Below, one piece after another: positions 28,617 through 38,385 of a DNA stretch of 64,000 bases. Source of the stretch: an uncultured bacterium (lineage in GTDB: Bacteria > Patescibacteriota > Microgenomatia > Levybacterales > UBA12049); NCBI GenBank assembly GCA_963826535.1, contig CAWGXL010000010.1, forward strand, positions 170,814-234,813, written 5' to 3'. Position 1 is the first letter of the stretch. Each line of letters opens with the position of its first letter. The position numbers and the translations under genes are program-made. The notes under the pieces were generated by a model. That model searched no databases. It saw only the letters and a program-made list of their open reading frames with translations, and was not told the DNA's origin.

Positions 28617-29348
28617 ATGAATAAAGAAGCTTCCTATACAATCTCTGTCCTAATACCTGCCTACAACGAAGAAAAAAAGATCGAAAAAGATATCCGTGAA
28701 ATATACAAATTTTTAGATAAATATAAAATAATAGGTGAAGTTATTATCTCAACTGACGGGGTAACCGATAATACAATTAATATTGTAAAAAGTTTACAAA
28801 ACGAATTTAAGACTTTAAAGCTTCTTGCCGAAAAAATAAGAATTGGGAAAGGAGCAGCGATAAAAAAAGGAGTTAAAATTGCGTCAGGCAAATACATTAT
28901 GTTTGCTGATGCAGGTCATTGTGTGCCCTATAGATTTATCAACGAAGGCATTGCTAAAATTGACGAAGGATATGATGTCGCACTTGCATCAAGGGCATCA
29001 ATAAAAAGCATCATTACAAAACCTCAACCTTTTTACCGTCAAATTGGATCAAAAATATTTGGCATTATCGTTAGAGACATAATGCACACTCCAAAAAATA
29101 TCAAGGACACACAGTGCGGATTTAAAATATATAAAAATAAAGTAGCAAAAAAATTATTCAATGAATTAAAGACAAAAAGTTTTATGTTTGATATTGAATT
29201 AATTCTAAGGGCAAAAAAAGAAAATTACAAAATGACACAGTTTCCTGTGCAATGGAGAAATGATAGTGATACTAAATTTAATCCTATAAGCGGCTCAGTG
29301 AGAAATATAAAAGATTTATTTAAAATTAAATTTATATATAAATTATAA
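28617..29348 (+). CDS. polyprenol-phosphate sugar synthase (GT2, Dpm1/ArnC/GtrB-like)
   Basis: 243 aa. ISVLIPAYNEEKKI and a DxD motif (FADAG). Confidence 0.7.
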   Translation: MNKEASYTISVLIPAYNEEKKIEKDIREIYKFLDKYKIIGEVIISTDGVTDNTINIVKSLQNEFKTLKLLAEKIRIGKGAAIKKGVKIASGKYIMFADAGHCVPYRFINEGIAKIDEGYDVALASRASIKSIITKPQPFYRQIGSKIFGIIVRDIMHTPKNIKDTQCGFKIYKNKVAKKLFNELKTKSFMFDIELILRAKKENYKMTQFPVQWRNDSDTKFNPISGSVRNIKDLFKIKFIYKL

Positions 29349-29357
29349 AAGCCTATT

Positions 29358-30116
29358 CTATAATTTATTTACCGGAGTAAACCTCGTAAATATAATCATA
29401 TGTAGATATCTTACGACATCCCGCCTAAAGCTCACTTTTTTACCCTCAGAATATCCTCTGGACACATATTTTATTGGAACTTCCAACGGTAAGTATCCAA
29501 GTCTGACAAACTTACATACAATTTCCCAATCAAGTTCAAAATATTCACCTCGCAAATGCACTTTCTTTAGTAATTCACTCTTAAACACTTTATACATGGT
29601 AGTCGGATCGGTTAAGCGAGTACCATAAAGTAAATTAAAAAAAGTATGAAAAAAAATGGCACCAAAATTCATAAAATGAGCAATATATCTCTCTTTACCT
29701 TTAAAACGCCTTATCAGCCATCTTATATCTCCATTTTGTTGTAAATGTCTTGAACCTAATACAAATGATGCTTCCCCTTTAATTATTGGCCTTATTAATG
29801 TATCATAATCATTAACATCATATTCCAAATCCGCGTCTTGAATTAGTACAATATCCCCGGTAATCTCTTTAAGACCCCTTCTAACTGCGCTACCCTTACC
29901 TCTAGCTTTTACTTGGAGAATTAATTTTACATCTGATTTATTCTTAGTAAATTCTTTTACAATTTCTCTTGTGCCATCATTACTATTATCTTCAACTAAT
30001 ATTAATTCTTTGGTAACTCCGGGAATTTTATGCCTATAGACGTTTTTTAATAATGTAAGCACTGTTCTGGACTCATTATAGATAGGAATGACAATAGACA
30101 ATGTATATTTCTTCAT
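29358..30116 (-). CDS. polyprenol-phosphate sugar synthase (GT2, Dpm1-like)
   Basis: 252 aa. LSIVIPIYNESRTV..LVEDNSNDGT..IQDADLEYD. Confidence 0.7.
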   Translation of the reverse strand: MKKYTLSIVIPIYNESRTVLTLLKNVYRHKIPGVTKELILVEDNSNDGTREIVKEFTKNKSDVKLILQVKARGKGSAVRRGLKEITGDIVLIQDADLEYDVNDYDTLIRPIIKGEASFVLGSRHLQQNGDIRWLIRRFKGKERYIAHFMNFGAIFFHTFFNLLYGTRLTDPTTMYKVFKSELLKKVHLRGEYFELDWEIVCKFVRLGYLPLEVPIKYVSRGYSEGKKVSFRRDVVRYLHMIIFTRFTPVNKL

Positions 30117-30335
30117 AACAAACCCGAATGATCTAGTTTTCTAAACGCCTAAAAAATTACATTTAAGTTAACATTACAAAACTTAAACTCTTTTACTCAA
30201 TTGAGAATTCACTTATTCAATCTATTGTAACAGAAACACTGAATATATAAGAATTAATTGATATGATTTGGGAAAATCTGTAGTTAGTTAGTCATATAAG
30301 ATTTGGTAGATAAGCACATATTAAAATAACAGCAT

Positions 30336-31784
30336 TTAATTTGGTTCAAACGTTCTTTCTTTATTATATAAACTAAAACACCGGCTAAGGTCGTTATGAA
30401 AACCATTTTGGCAGTTTAAGTTAATAGCTAATAATGAAGTCCACAAAATTAGTATACATACAAAAATGATTATAAAGGCTTTGATTAAGGGTGTAGTTTT
30501 AGATGCATAGTATTTCCAAAAATATGTAAATCCTATGAAAGCTAAAATACATAATGCAAAATAAAAATCCTGATAGTAACGTCGTGCGTATCCCATTAAA
30601 GATAGCCCATAGATAGAAACTAATATCATAACTAAAAAAATAAATACTACAAATTCCAGCCTTTTTCCTTTTAACTTATTTTTTGTGATATAAACAGGAA
30701 TATAAAATATGAATAAAAGCAGAGGTGATGAAAAAAATACTGAAGATGTAAATTCAACGTCTACTAATTTAGGATAAGCTCCTACTAACCATTCCGGAGC
30801 ATCATAGAAAACATAAGGATTTGTTAATGAAGTTCGGGGGAAAAATGCTGTTAATTGAACAATGTTTAAAAGCAAATAATTTATGGAGCTAGTTTTATTT
30901 GTTAATATTCTGGTTTTTAGTTCCATAATACTAGGGTTTACATATTGTGTACCAAACTCGAAAGGATTATCAAACCGAGCCATATTGTAATGCATAAAAA
31001 TTAAACATCCAATCAAGATTGGCAAAATTAAAATACTAATTGAAAACCAAGTTTTATAGATTAAAGCACTAGAGATTTTTTGTTTTAGACTTTTATATTC
31101 ACTATAGATAATAAAAAGTAAATAAGGAAAAACAGATAATATGAGGTTTGCACGAGAAAAAAAACTTAACGTCAAAAATAGGCCGGCTAGTAATAAAAAT
31201 AAGTTTTTTTTAACTGCGTTAATTTTATCACGCTCATAAACTTTTAAAAATATAACTAATGACAAAAGAAGTAAAGTTGAACCAAAAATAATAGCTGTTT
31301 CATATACTAAATTACGCGATGATAAAAAGTACAACGAACCTAGTGCATAAATTACAAGAAAAATTAATTTTATTAGCTTAAATTCTGTTTTATTTTTATT
31401 TAATTTCAAAAATCCTGCTGTTTGTTGTAATAAAAAATAAAATAATAATAAATTAGCAGAAGATAAAAATAACGATAAAAATTGAAATGTAACCTCAATG
31501 TGGAATATATTCTTAATAATGAGCCAGGTACTTGCAGGAAGTGGCCCAAAGTAAAGATAATTTGTATGGTTGTAAAATGACCAGTCTGCGCCCGGACTAT
31601 CAGAAGGTATTCCGTATTGACCCTTTTCAAAAGCTATGGCTAATTGCTTATAATATGTACCTTGATTATAATCTTCAAATCTAAAGGTACCTTCTGTCAT
31701 ATCGTGCGCATAAATTAAGGTAAATAAAAATACTAATATAATTACAAGAATTAACTCACGATATTTTGTAAAATTGACAAACAT
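30336..31784 (-). CDS. polytopic membrane protein, candidate GT-C glycosyltransferase
   Basis: 482 aa, about 12 TM. N-terminal periplasmic loop containing FEDYNQGTYYKQLAIAFEKGQYGIP. Confidence 0.4.
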   Translation of the reverse strand: MFVNFTKYRELILVIILVFLFTLIYAHDMTEGTFRFEDYNQGTYYKQLAIAFEKGQYGIPSDSPGADWSFYNHTNYLYFGPLPASTWLIIKNIFHIEVTFQFLSLFLSSANLLLFYFLLQQTAGFLKLNKNKTEFKLIKLIFLVIYALGSLYFLSSRNLVYETAIIFGSTLLLLSLVIFLKVYERDKINAVKKNLFLLLAGLFLTLSFFSRANLILSVFPYLLFIIYSEYKSLKQKISSALIYKTWFSISILILPILIGCLIFMHYNMARFDNPFEFGTQYVNPSIMELKTRILTNKTSSINYLLLNIVQLTAFFPRTSLTNPYVFYDAPEWLVGAYPKLVDVEFTSSVFFSSPLLLFIFYIPVYITKNKLKGKRLEFVVFIFLVMILVSIYGLSLMGYARRYYQDFYFALCILAFIGFTYFWKYYASKTTPLIKAFIIIFVCILILWTSLLAINLNCQNGFHNDLSRCFSLYNKERTFEPN

Positions 31785-32213
31785 ATAAATTTTTATTAAA
31801 TATATACCACACCTCTATTTTTTAAAAACTATTTACTTAATCATGCATTCAACCCAATAATAACCGAAATCTATGCGAATTTGAAACTAATTAATATTAC
31901 TTCTTCAATTCAAGTATCAAAGGTTAATTTAGTAATCGATATCGATTTGGCAGAGAGGGATATTTTCAACTGTTATCTTTAAACCTTCCTATTTAATAAC
32001 AACGGAATATCCTAAATTAAAACATCATCTTAAATATATTTGCTAATAATCTGTAAACTTTTTAGACGTAGATAAAACATTAAGTCTAAATCATTCCACA
32101 GTTATTTAAGACAATTTTTAAAAACTTATATTTTTACAATAAAAAATTTAGGTAAATTACGGCTTTTAGCTTATAATCTTGAAATATAAATATAACAGAA
32201 TCAACAAAAGTTA

Positions 32214-32243
32214 TTGACAAGCTTACATTAATCATATTATATA
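32214..32243 (+). promoter_or_regulatory. candidate promoter TTGACA-N17/18-TTATAT/TATATA
   Basis: TTGACA at 32214-32219 and an AT-rich -10 at 32237-32243. It lies at the end of a 506-bp AT-rich spacer, ~45 nt before the ATG at 32291. Confidence 0.4.
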
Positions 32244-32290
32244 TACTGATAACTACTATAACAAGTTGAGTATAAATGCTCTAATGCCTT

Positions 32291-32968
32291 ATGGCGAATA
32301 AAAAAATAACTGTTGTTATACCCTGTCTTAATGAAGGGGTAGGACTTAATTCTATTCTAAAAAATATTCCGGATATTGTGAATGAAGTAATTGTAGTAGA
32401 TGGAAATTCAACAGACAATAGCGTAGGCATAGCCAGGAATTATGGTGCAAAAGTAATAATTCAAAAGAAAAGAGGATACGGTTTAGCATTGAGGACAGGT
32501 TTTAATTCTGTAAAAAACGATATTATCGTGTCGCTTGATGGTGATAGCACATATCCCGCTGAAGACATACCAAAGCTTTATAAATATTTCGCTGGAAATA
32601 ACCTGGATTTTTTAGTAGCCTGCCGTTTCCCTCTGAAGCACCGCCATGCAATGACAGTAAAAAATTTCTTTGGTAACCTTCTCTTATCATCTATAACATC
32701 ATTAGTTTTCAATTTTCAAGTCACAGATGTATGCTCTGGTATGTGGATGATTTCGCGCAAAGCTTGGAGAGTTCTTGAACCTCGGATAGAGGACAACAAA
32801 TGGTTCTTCTCAAACGAAATAAAAATAGAAGCGATTAAGGACAATAATATACTATATGACGAAAAATGGATTGAATTACGTGCGCGCTCCGGAGAAACAA
32901 AAGTGGGCAATGTTTGGCTCATTGGTTTAAACGTGCTTTTTTTAATACTGAAAAAACGCTTTTTTTAG
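32291..32968 (+). CDS. polyprenol-phosphate sugar synthase (GT2, Dpm1/GtrB-like)
   Basis: 225 aa. ITVVIPCLNEGVGL..VIVVDGNSTDNS..SLDGDSTYP. Confidence 0.7.
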   Translation: MANKKITVVIPCLNEGVGLNSILKNIPDIVNEVIVVDGNSTDNSVGIARNYGAKVIIQKKRGYGLALRTGFNSVKNDIIVSLDGDSTYPAEDIPKLYKYFAGNNLDFLVACRFPLKHRHAMTVKNFFGNLLLSSITSLVFNFQVTDVCSGMWMISRKAWRVLEPRIEDNKWFFSNEIKIEAIKDNNILYDEKWIELRARSGETKVGNVWLIGLNVLFLILKKRFF

Positions 32969-32971
32969 TAT

Positions 32972-34144
32972 ATGGATACACTTAAAAATCAATTAAATAA
33001 ACTTTGGCACAAATTTTATAATAAAGATTTAAGTGAAAATTATTCATTTTACAAAAAAACAAATGATTATACGATCAATTATAATAAAAAAGAAGTTTAC
33101 CGTGAATCAATTCAACATGTTGAAGCAGTTTGTAAGTTATTGAGAGTACCAATAATTCTATGGCTGATCTGGGCTATTAGTGTTTTAGAAGCATCCCCGA
33201 AAAGGAATCCAATGTCACTACCACTTGCGAAGCGTTTAAGATTATTTAAACAAGCTCATAGAATTACGATTGCTAAATACATTCCTAAACCTCAAGAATT
33301 TAATATAAAGACTGATAAATGCCCGAACTGCGACAAAATTTATTTTAAAAAGCCAATATATAAAGTTACCCCTTTTAGAACAATTGCTGTAATGTTTTGC
33401 AAAAATTGCGGATTAGGCATCCGTTTTCCTGCAGACACGAAAGAAGCATTGTCCAAAATATATGAAGAAGACTATTTTTCAGGAAACTCAACCGACGTTG
33501 GATATTTCGATTATTTAGCCGAAGAAGGTTGGAGAATCAAAAAAGCAGAAAACTATCTAAATAAACTTGAGGAATTACTAAATATATCACCCAAGAATAC
33601 CAAAGTTTTAGATTTAGGATCAGGCTATGGTTACTTCTTGATCCCCTTAAAAAAACGAAATTATTCCTACCTTGGTATAGAACTGGCACAGGAAGCAGTT
33701 GATATAGCTAACAATAAGTATAAAACATTAACCATAAAAGGTGATCTCTTAAATTTAGACAAAGAAAAAAAACTAAAAGACAAAAGCTATGATCTTATCA
33801 CACTGTGGGATATTATTGAACATTTCTATGATTTTCGTAATGAACTAAAAATAATTAATAAATTACTTAATCCGGGTGGTTTTGTTGCTCTGAGAACAAA
33901 TAATATAAATAGTATAGAATATGATGTGTTTGGAAAAGATTTTCACTCAATAAAAAATGAGCACACATATTACTATTCTGAAAAAACACTTAGTGATATC
34001 TTTCAACACGTAAAAATTAAGACATATAAAATCTGGACCCATACACATTTATTTTTATGTTTTATGACTCAAAAAGAAATTGAAAAAATTAACAAAGAAA
34101 ATAGGGGAGGCGATATTTTTTATATTGGTCAGAAATATGAATAA
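32972..34144 (+). CDS. SAM-dependent methyltransferase with CxxC...CxxC zinc-ribbon segment
   Basis: Motif I VLDLGSGYGYF and LITLWDIIEHF. A KCPNCDK...CKNCG Zn-ribbon precedes the MTase core. Confidence 0.65.
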   Translation: MDTLKNQLNKLWHKFYNKDLSENYSFYKKTNDYTINYNKKEVYRESIQHVEAVCKLLRVPIILWLIWAISVLEASPKRNPMSLPLAKRLRLFKQAHRITIAKYIPKPQEFNIKTDKCPNCDKIYFKKPIYKVTPFRTIAVMFCKNCGLGIRFPADTKEALSKIYEEDYFSGNSTDVGYFDYLAEEGWRIKKAENYLNKLEELLNISPKNTKVLDLGSGYGYFLIPLKKRNYSYLGIELAQEAVDIANNKYKTLTIKGDLLNLDKEKKLKDKSYDLITLWDIIEHFYDFRNELKIINKLLNPGGFVALRTNNINSIEYDVFGKDFHSIKNEHTYYYSEKTLSDIFQHVKIKTYKIWTHTHLFLCFMTQKEIEKINKENRGGDIFYIGQKYE

Positions 34145-35132
34145 AGTAGGCGTTTCAATTATGGGAGCAGGATTGATTGGAAAAAAACGTGCTGAAGCGC
34201 TTTTAAAAATTCCAAATTCAACATTACGCTACATTTATGATATCAATAAAGTAGCCTCAAAAACATTCGCAAAGCAATATAAATCCAAAGTCGCTGAAAA
34301 TATCGATGAAATTTTAAGTGATCAGAAAACTAATTTAGTTATCATCGCGATTCGACATAAAGATGCAGCCGCCTTAGCTCCTTCCGTATTAAAAAAGAAG
34401 AATGTACTTATTGAAAAGCCAATTGGCCGGAACCTTTCGGAGACGAGAAAAATTATCAATGCAGCGAAACGATATAATACCAAATTATTTGCCGGATTTA
34501 ATTACCGCTACTATCCGCACTTACAAAAAGCATTGTCATTTATAAAACACAAAAAGTTAGGCCAAATAATTTCCTCCACATTTAAAATTGGTCATGCTGC
34601 ATTCCCCGGATATGAAAAGACGTGGAAAATGGATAAAGATTTATGTGGTGGTGGCGTTTTCCTTGATCCTGGTGTGCATATGCTTGATTTAATGCAATTA
34701 TTACATGGAAAGCCAGAAACACTCGATGCGTTTAGCAATAGAATTGGATGGAAAAGCAAAGTTGAAGAAGAAGCATTCTTAGTTTTTACTTTTTCCGATA
34801 AAACAATTTCCGAGCATCATTATAGTTTAAACTTAGCCAAAAATACTTTTATGATTGAATTAATAGGTACGAAAGGCACTCTGACTCTTTCTGGTAGAGG
34901 AGGTAATTATGGACCAATGCGGTTAGTTTATATACCCCGTTGGTTTTGGCAGCCGGATAGCGATAAAATAATTGAGGAAGATTACGGTATAGTAGACCAA
35001 TCTTTTTACTTTGAATTAAAATCTATTATAAACGATATCATTGCCAACAAGAAACAAGAATCTATTTTCCCAGAATTTCTCAGTGTAATGAAACTAATTG
35101 ACACGATTTATAATTCCCCCAACAAATCCTGA
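34137..35132 (+). CDS. Gfo/Idh/MocA family oxidoreductase
   Basis: The start is taken at the ATG overlapping the upstream stop (MNKVGVSIMGAGLIGKKRA). It is a paralog of 38386..39378. Confidence 0.75.
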   Translation: MNKVGVSIMGAGLIGKKRAEALLKIPNSTLRYIYDINKVASKTFAKQYKSKVAENIDEILSDQKTNLVIIAIRHKDAAALAPSVLKKKNVLIEKPIGRNLSETRKIINAAKRYNTKLFAGFNYRYYPHLQKALSFIKHKKLGQIISSTFKIGHAAFPGYEKTWKMDKDLCGGGVFLDPGVHMLDLMQLLHGKPETLDAFSNRIGWKSKVEEEAFLVFTFSDKTISEHHYSLNLAKNTFMIELIGTKGTLTLSGRGGNYGPMRLVYIPRWFWQPDSDKIIEEDYGIVDQSFYFELKSIINDIIANKKQESIFPEFLSVMKLIDTIYNSPNKS

Positions 35133-36052
35133 GCGGTTTTTTCGACTGCCGTTTTTGTCGTAAATTTTCGTTTCCACCCAAGTTTTATAAGCGCATCACC
35201 ATTTAACCTAACTATTGGAACATCACCTTTCCAACCTACTTTACCGCCCGTATATTTTAAATTGACATTCTTAAGACCCATCGTTTTGATAATTACACGT
35301 GCAATTTCAGTAACAGTTAAGAAATCAGTTGAAGTTAAGTTATATAAATTAATCGGCAAATTACTTTTTTCCCAGACTAATAGAAATGCATCCAATACAT
35401 CGTCAATATAGAGATAAGACTTACTCTGCTCACCGTCTCCAAGTATTTTTAACTGTTTGGGATTACTTCGCAATTTTTTAATAAAGTCAAATATAACCCC
35501 GTGAGTTGAATGAGGGCCAATTATATTAGCTGGCCGCATAATCCATGCCCGCATGTCATATAAATGTACAAAAGCAGAAATAAATGCTTCAGCCGATAAT
35601 TTTGTTGCTCCATACATTGATACAGGAAATAATGGGCCAAAAGTCTCGTCCGTATAGACCTCCCCGACATCCCCATATACGCCACTTCCGGACGTAAAAA
35701 AAATCTTTCTTATTTTTTTCTCCCTCATGGCATCTAACAGATTATATGTAGCCATTGTAGTATTTTTATAATCAACACTGGTGTCCGTTGCACCTATAGA
35801 AATATCTGAATTTGCTGCGAGATGAAAAACGGTATCAATGGTATGAGGCGTTGCATTAAATAGTTTTTTTTTATCCAGTAAATTTAATTGAACAAAAGAA
35901 AACTTCGGATTTTTTAAATAAGGCTTAAGATACTCTATTCGGCCTAAAGATAAATTATCAAAAACAATTATTTCATAACCCTTTTTAATCAAACGTTTTA
36001 TCAATAGTGATCCGATAAATCCAGCCCCACCCGTAATTAAAATCTTTTTCAT
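35108..36052 (-). CDS. NAD-dependent epimerase/dehydratase
   Basis: KILITGGAGFIGSLL and YGATK. It is a paralog of 36427..37371. Confidence 0.8.
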   Translation of the reverse strand: MKKILITGGAGFIGSLLIKRLIKKGYEIIVFDNLSLGRIEYLKPYLKNPKFSFVQLNLLDKKKLFNATPHTIDTVFHLAANSDISIGATDTSVDYKNTTMATYNLLDAMREKKIRKIFFTSGSGVYGDVGEVYTDETFGPLFPVSMYGATKLSAEAFISAFVHLYDMRAWIMRPANIIGPHSTHGVIFDFIKKLRSNPKQLKILGDGEQSKSYLYIDDVLDAFLLVWEKSNLPINLYNLTSTDFLTVTEIARVIIKTMGLKNVNLKYTGGKVGWKGDVPIVRLNGDALIKLGWKRKFTTKTAVEKTAQDLLGEL

Positions 36053-36064
36053 AAATACCCTAAT

Positions 36065-36430
36065 TTACCTCGTTATCAAAATAACTCCCACAAGGATAAC
36101 AAATATCCCTGCGACCTTAGTAGCTGTAATAGGTTCTTTGAACAAAAAATAAGACAATATAAGTATAAATACATAACCCATACTCATCAGCGGCGCAGCA
36201 GCACTAAGTTGGACCTTATTAAGAATCAACACCCACAATATAAATCCCAGCCCAAAAACAGCCAAACCCCCAACGAGGAACCAATTTGTTACTAATTTAA
36301 ACGCGAATGGAAAAACTTCTACAAAATCATGCGGCAATGTTCCTATTTTATTTGCCCCGGTTTTAATCAGCATATTAGCAGTAGTATTTAATAATGCAGC
36401 AACAATAACTAGTAAGTAATAAGGGTTCAT
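36065..36430 (-). CDS. small 4-TM SMR/EamA-like membrane protein, putative polyprenol-P-sugar flippase (ArnE/ArnF/GtrA-like)
   Basis: 121 aa, four hydrophobic helices. ATGA coupling with the upstream epimerase. It sits among ArnC-like and ArnT-like genes. Confidence 0.5.
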   Translation of the reverse strand: MNPYYLLVIVAALLNTTANMLIKTGANKIGTLPHDFVEVFPFAFKLVTNWFLVGGLAVFGLGFILWVLILNKVQLSAAAPLMSMGYVFILILSYFLFKEPITATKVAGIFVILVGVILITR

Positions 36431-37371
36431 ATGATTTTATTATCTAAAACATAGTGTACAGTTTTTGCTATACCTTCCTCAATAGTCAAAGTAGGTTTCC
36501 AGCCAAGTTTACTTAACTTTTTAATCCCTAATTGAACAAACTCGTTGTCCCCCTTCCAATTACTCGCCTTTCCCAACCATTTCTTCTTAACATTTTTATA
36601 ACCGCTCGCATGCAAGATTGCATCAATAATCTGATTGACAGTTAGCACTTGAGTGTGCCCGATATTATAAACATTAAACTGTTCCTTGGATTTTTTTATA
36701 ACCGTAAATATAGCCTCAACTCCATCATTAACATAAAGCGAAGACTTTTTTGGTGTTCCATCCGAAAAAAGCTCCAGTGACTTATTATTTTTCTTGAGTT
36801 TTTTTAAAACGTCAACTATTATTCCGTGAGTATATCTTTCTCCAATGAAAGAAACAAACCGGAAAATAAAACTTGTCATGCCATAATATGAAGCGTAAGT
36901 ACGTATATAAGTTTCACATGCGGCCTTGGTTGCTCCATAAAGCGAGGTCGGTTCAAACGGATAATCTTCAGGAGTTGGATGAATCTTGGCATCACCATAG
37001 ACAGATGAACTTGATGAGAAAGCCATCCTTTTTACATTATTTTTGCACATTGCTTCCAATACATTTTGCGTCATTTCAAGATTTTGTTCATGATCGATAA
37101 AGTGATCATTGAATCCCGAGCGGACATCTGCGTGAGCAGCTAAATGAAAAACAAAGTCAACATTCCTCATTATTTTATTAAGCAAGTCAGTATCTTTAAG
37201 ATCACCCTTTACAAGTTTATAATTTGAATTATTCAGAATGTGTTTTACAAATAATTCTCTTCCAGTAGAGAAATTATCATAAACAATAACTTTATTTTTT
37301 TCTTTAAGAAGCCTGTCAACAATATGACTTCCAATAAATCCTGCCCCACCTGTAACTAATACCGTTTTCAT
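36427..37371 (-). CDS. NAD-dependent epimerase/dehydratase
   Basis: KTVLVTGGAGFIGSHIV and YGATK. Tandem paralog of 35108..36052. Confidence 0.8.
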   Translation of the reverse strand: MKTVLVTGGAGFIGSHIVDRLLKEKNKVIVYDNFSTGRELFVKHILNNSNYKLVKGDLKDTDLLNKIMRNVDFVFHLAAHADVRSGFNDHFIDHEQNLEMTQNVLEAMCKNNVKRMAFSSSSSVYGDAKIHPTPEDYPFEPTSLYGATKAACETYIRTYASYYGMTSFIFRFVSFIGERYTHGIIVDVLKKLKKNNKSLELFSDGTPKKSSLYVNDGVEAIFTVIKKSKEQFNVYNIGHTQVLTVNQIIDAILHASGYKNVKKKWLGKASNWKGDNEFVQLGIKKLSKLGWKPTLTIEEGIAKTVHYVLDNKII

Positions 37372-37600
37372 AAATGCCCTAATTTTCTTTGTTATCGAAA
37401 TAACCCCATGTGTATAGAAAATATCTCCTCTACAATAATAAATGTAATAAGAATTAATTTGTTACTAGTTTAAACCTGAACGGATCAACTTCTATAATAT
37501 CATAGGGGACAACTCTTAACTTATTTACTCTTTTTTTAACCATGTATGCGATTGAATTCAAAAATACCGCAACTATTTTTAATAGATTATTTAATTTCAT
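37372..37600 (-). pseudogene. decayed second copy of the small flippase-like gene (internal deletion plus premature stop)
   Basis: Reverse translation gives MKLNNLLKIVAVFLNSIAYMVKKRVNKLRVVPYDIIEVDPFRFKLVTN*, matching MNPYYLLVIVAALLNTTANMLIKTGANKIGTLPHDFVEVFPFAFKLVTN of 36065..36430. The 3' end (37372-37410) matches the C-terminus and gene junction of copy 1 (36053-36090). The middle ~140 bp is missing. Confidence 0.7.
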
Positions 37601-38343
37601 AATTTCTTTACCACATTCACAATAGATATTCCGACTGGGAATGTTGCGAATCTCTGAACAGAATTTTCAAGTAATTCATAATAGTACAATATTTCATTTA
37701 AAATAGGATGTGTTGAAGCAGAATCCATTTTCAAATCTGCCACCCCATCTTTTTTGGTTGCGTATTTATGAAGAAATTTAAATAAAAAATAAAGTGTAAA
37801 ATCAACATTTTTCTCGGTAAGGACCTTTAGGCCTGCCAATTTGGCGATTTTGGCAAGTTGTTTTTTTTTGTAACGTCTAAAATGTTCTAATCTTATATCC
37901 CGTGTTGACCAAAGATTTTGATGAGCAGGTACAAGAAATATTCCAATTCCTCCCGTTTTCAATACTCTATGTATTTCCTTAATGGCTTTTAGGTCATCTT
38001 GCACGTGTTCTATCACATCGATTGCTGTGATTAAATCAAAACTATTATCCTTAAAGGGAATAATTTTGCCATTAAATAGAAAAGCATTTTTTACACCACG
38101 CATTTTAGTAAATTTAATAGCATCACTCGAAGTATCAATTCCAAACGTTTGATCACTGGTAATTTTTTTTGCAAACTCATTCTGCAGTGTTCCGGTTCCA
38201 CACCCAAAGTCAAGCATCTTAGTTTTATTATAATGCGGATTTCTAAACTGTTCCCATAATTGCAATATTAGCCCCCGTTTAGCCCGGGCGCGCCATTCGT
38301 CTTCATCTAGTTTATAACGTAAATCATAAAAATGTTTTTGCAT
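37597..38343 (-). CDS. class I SAM-dependent methyltransferase
   Basis: Motif I MLDFGCGTGTL, and DLITAIDVIEHV. Confidence 0.75.
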   Translation of the reverse strand: MQKHFYDLRYKLDEDEWRARAKRGLILQLWEQFRNPHYNKTKMLDFGCGTGTLQNEFAKKITSDQTFGIDTSSDAIKFTKMRGVKNAFLFNGKIIPFKDNSFDLITAIDVIEHVQDDLKAIKEIHRVLKTGGIGIFLVPAHQNLWSTRDIRLEHFRRYKKKQLAKIAKLAGLKVLTEKNVDFTLYFLFKFLHKYATKKDGVADLKMDSASTHPILNEILYYYELLENSVQRFATFPVGISIVNVVKKL

Positions 38344-38385
38344 ATACTCTTAACTTATATAAAATTAAGCTTTACCTGACCTAGT

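Noticed and set aside
34080-34136. N-terminal 19-aa extension of the Gfo/Idh/MocA gene
   Set aside because: The extension lies wholly inside the upstream methyltransferase gene. The canonical oxidoreductase N-terminus (MNKVGVSIMGAGLIG) begins at the ATG that overlaps the upstream stop.
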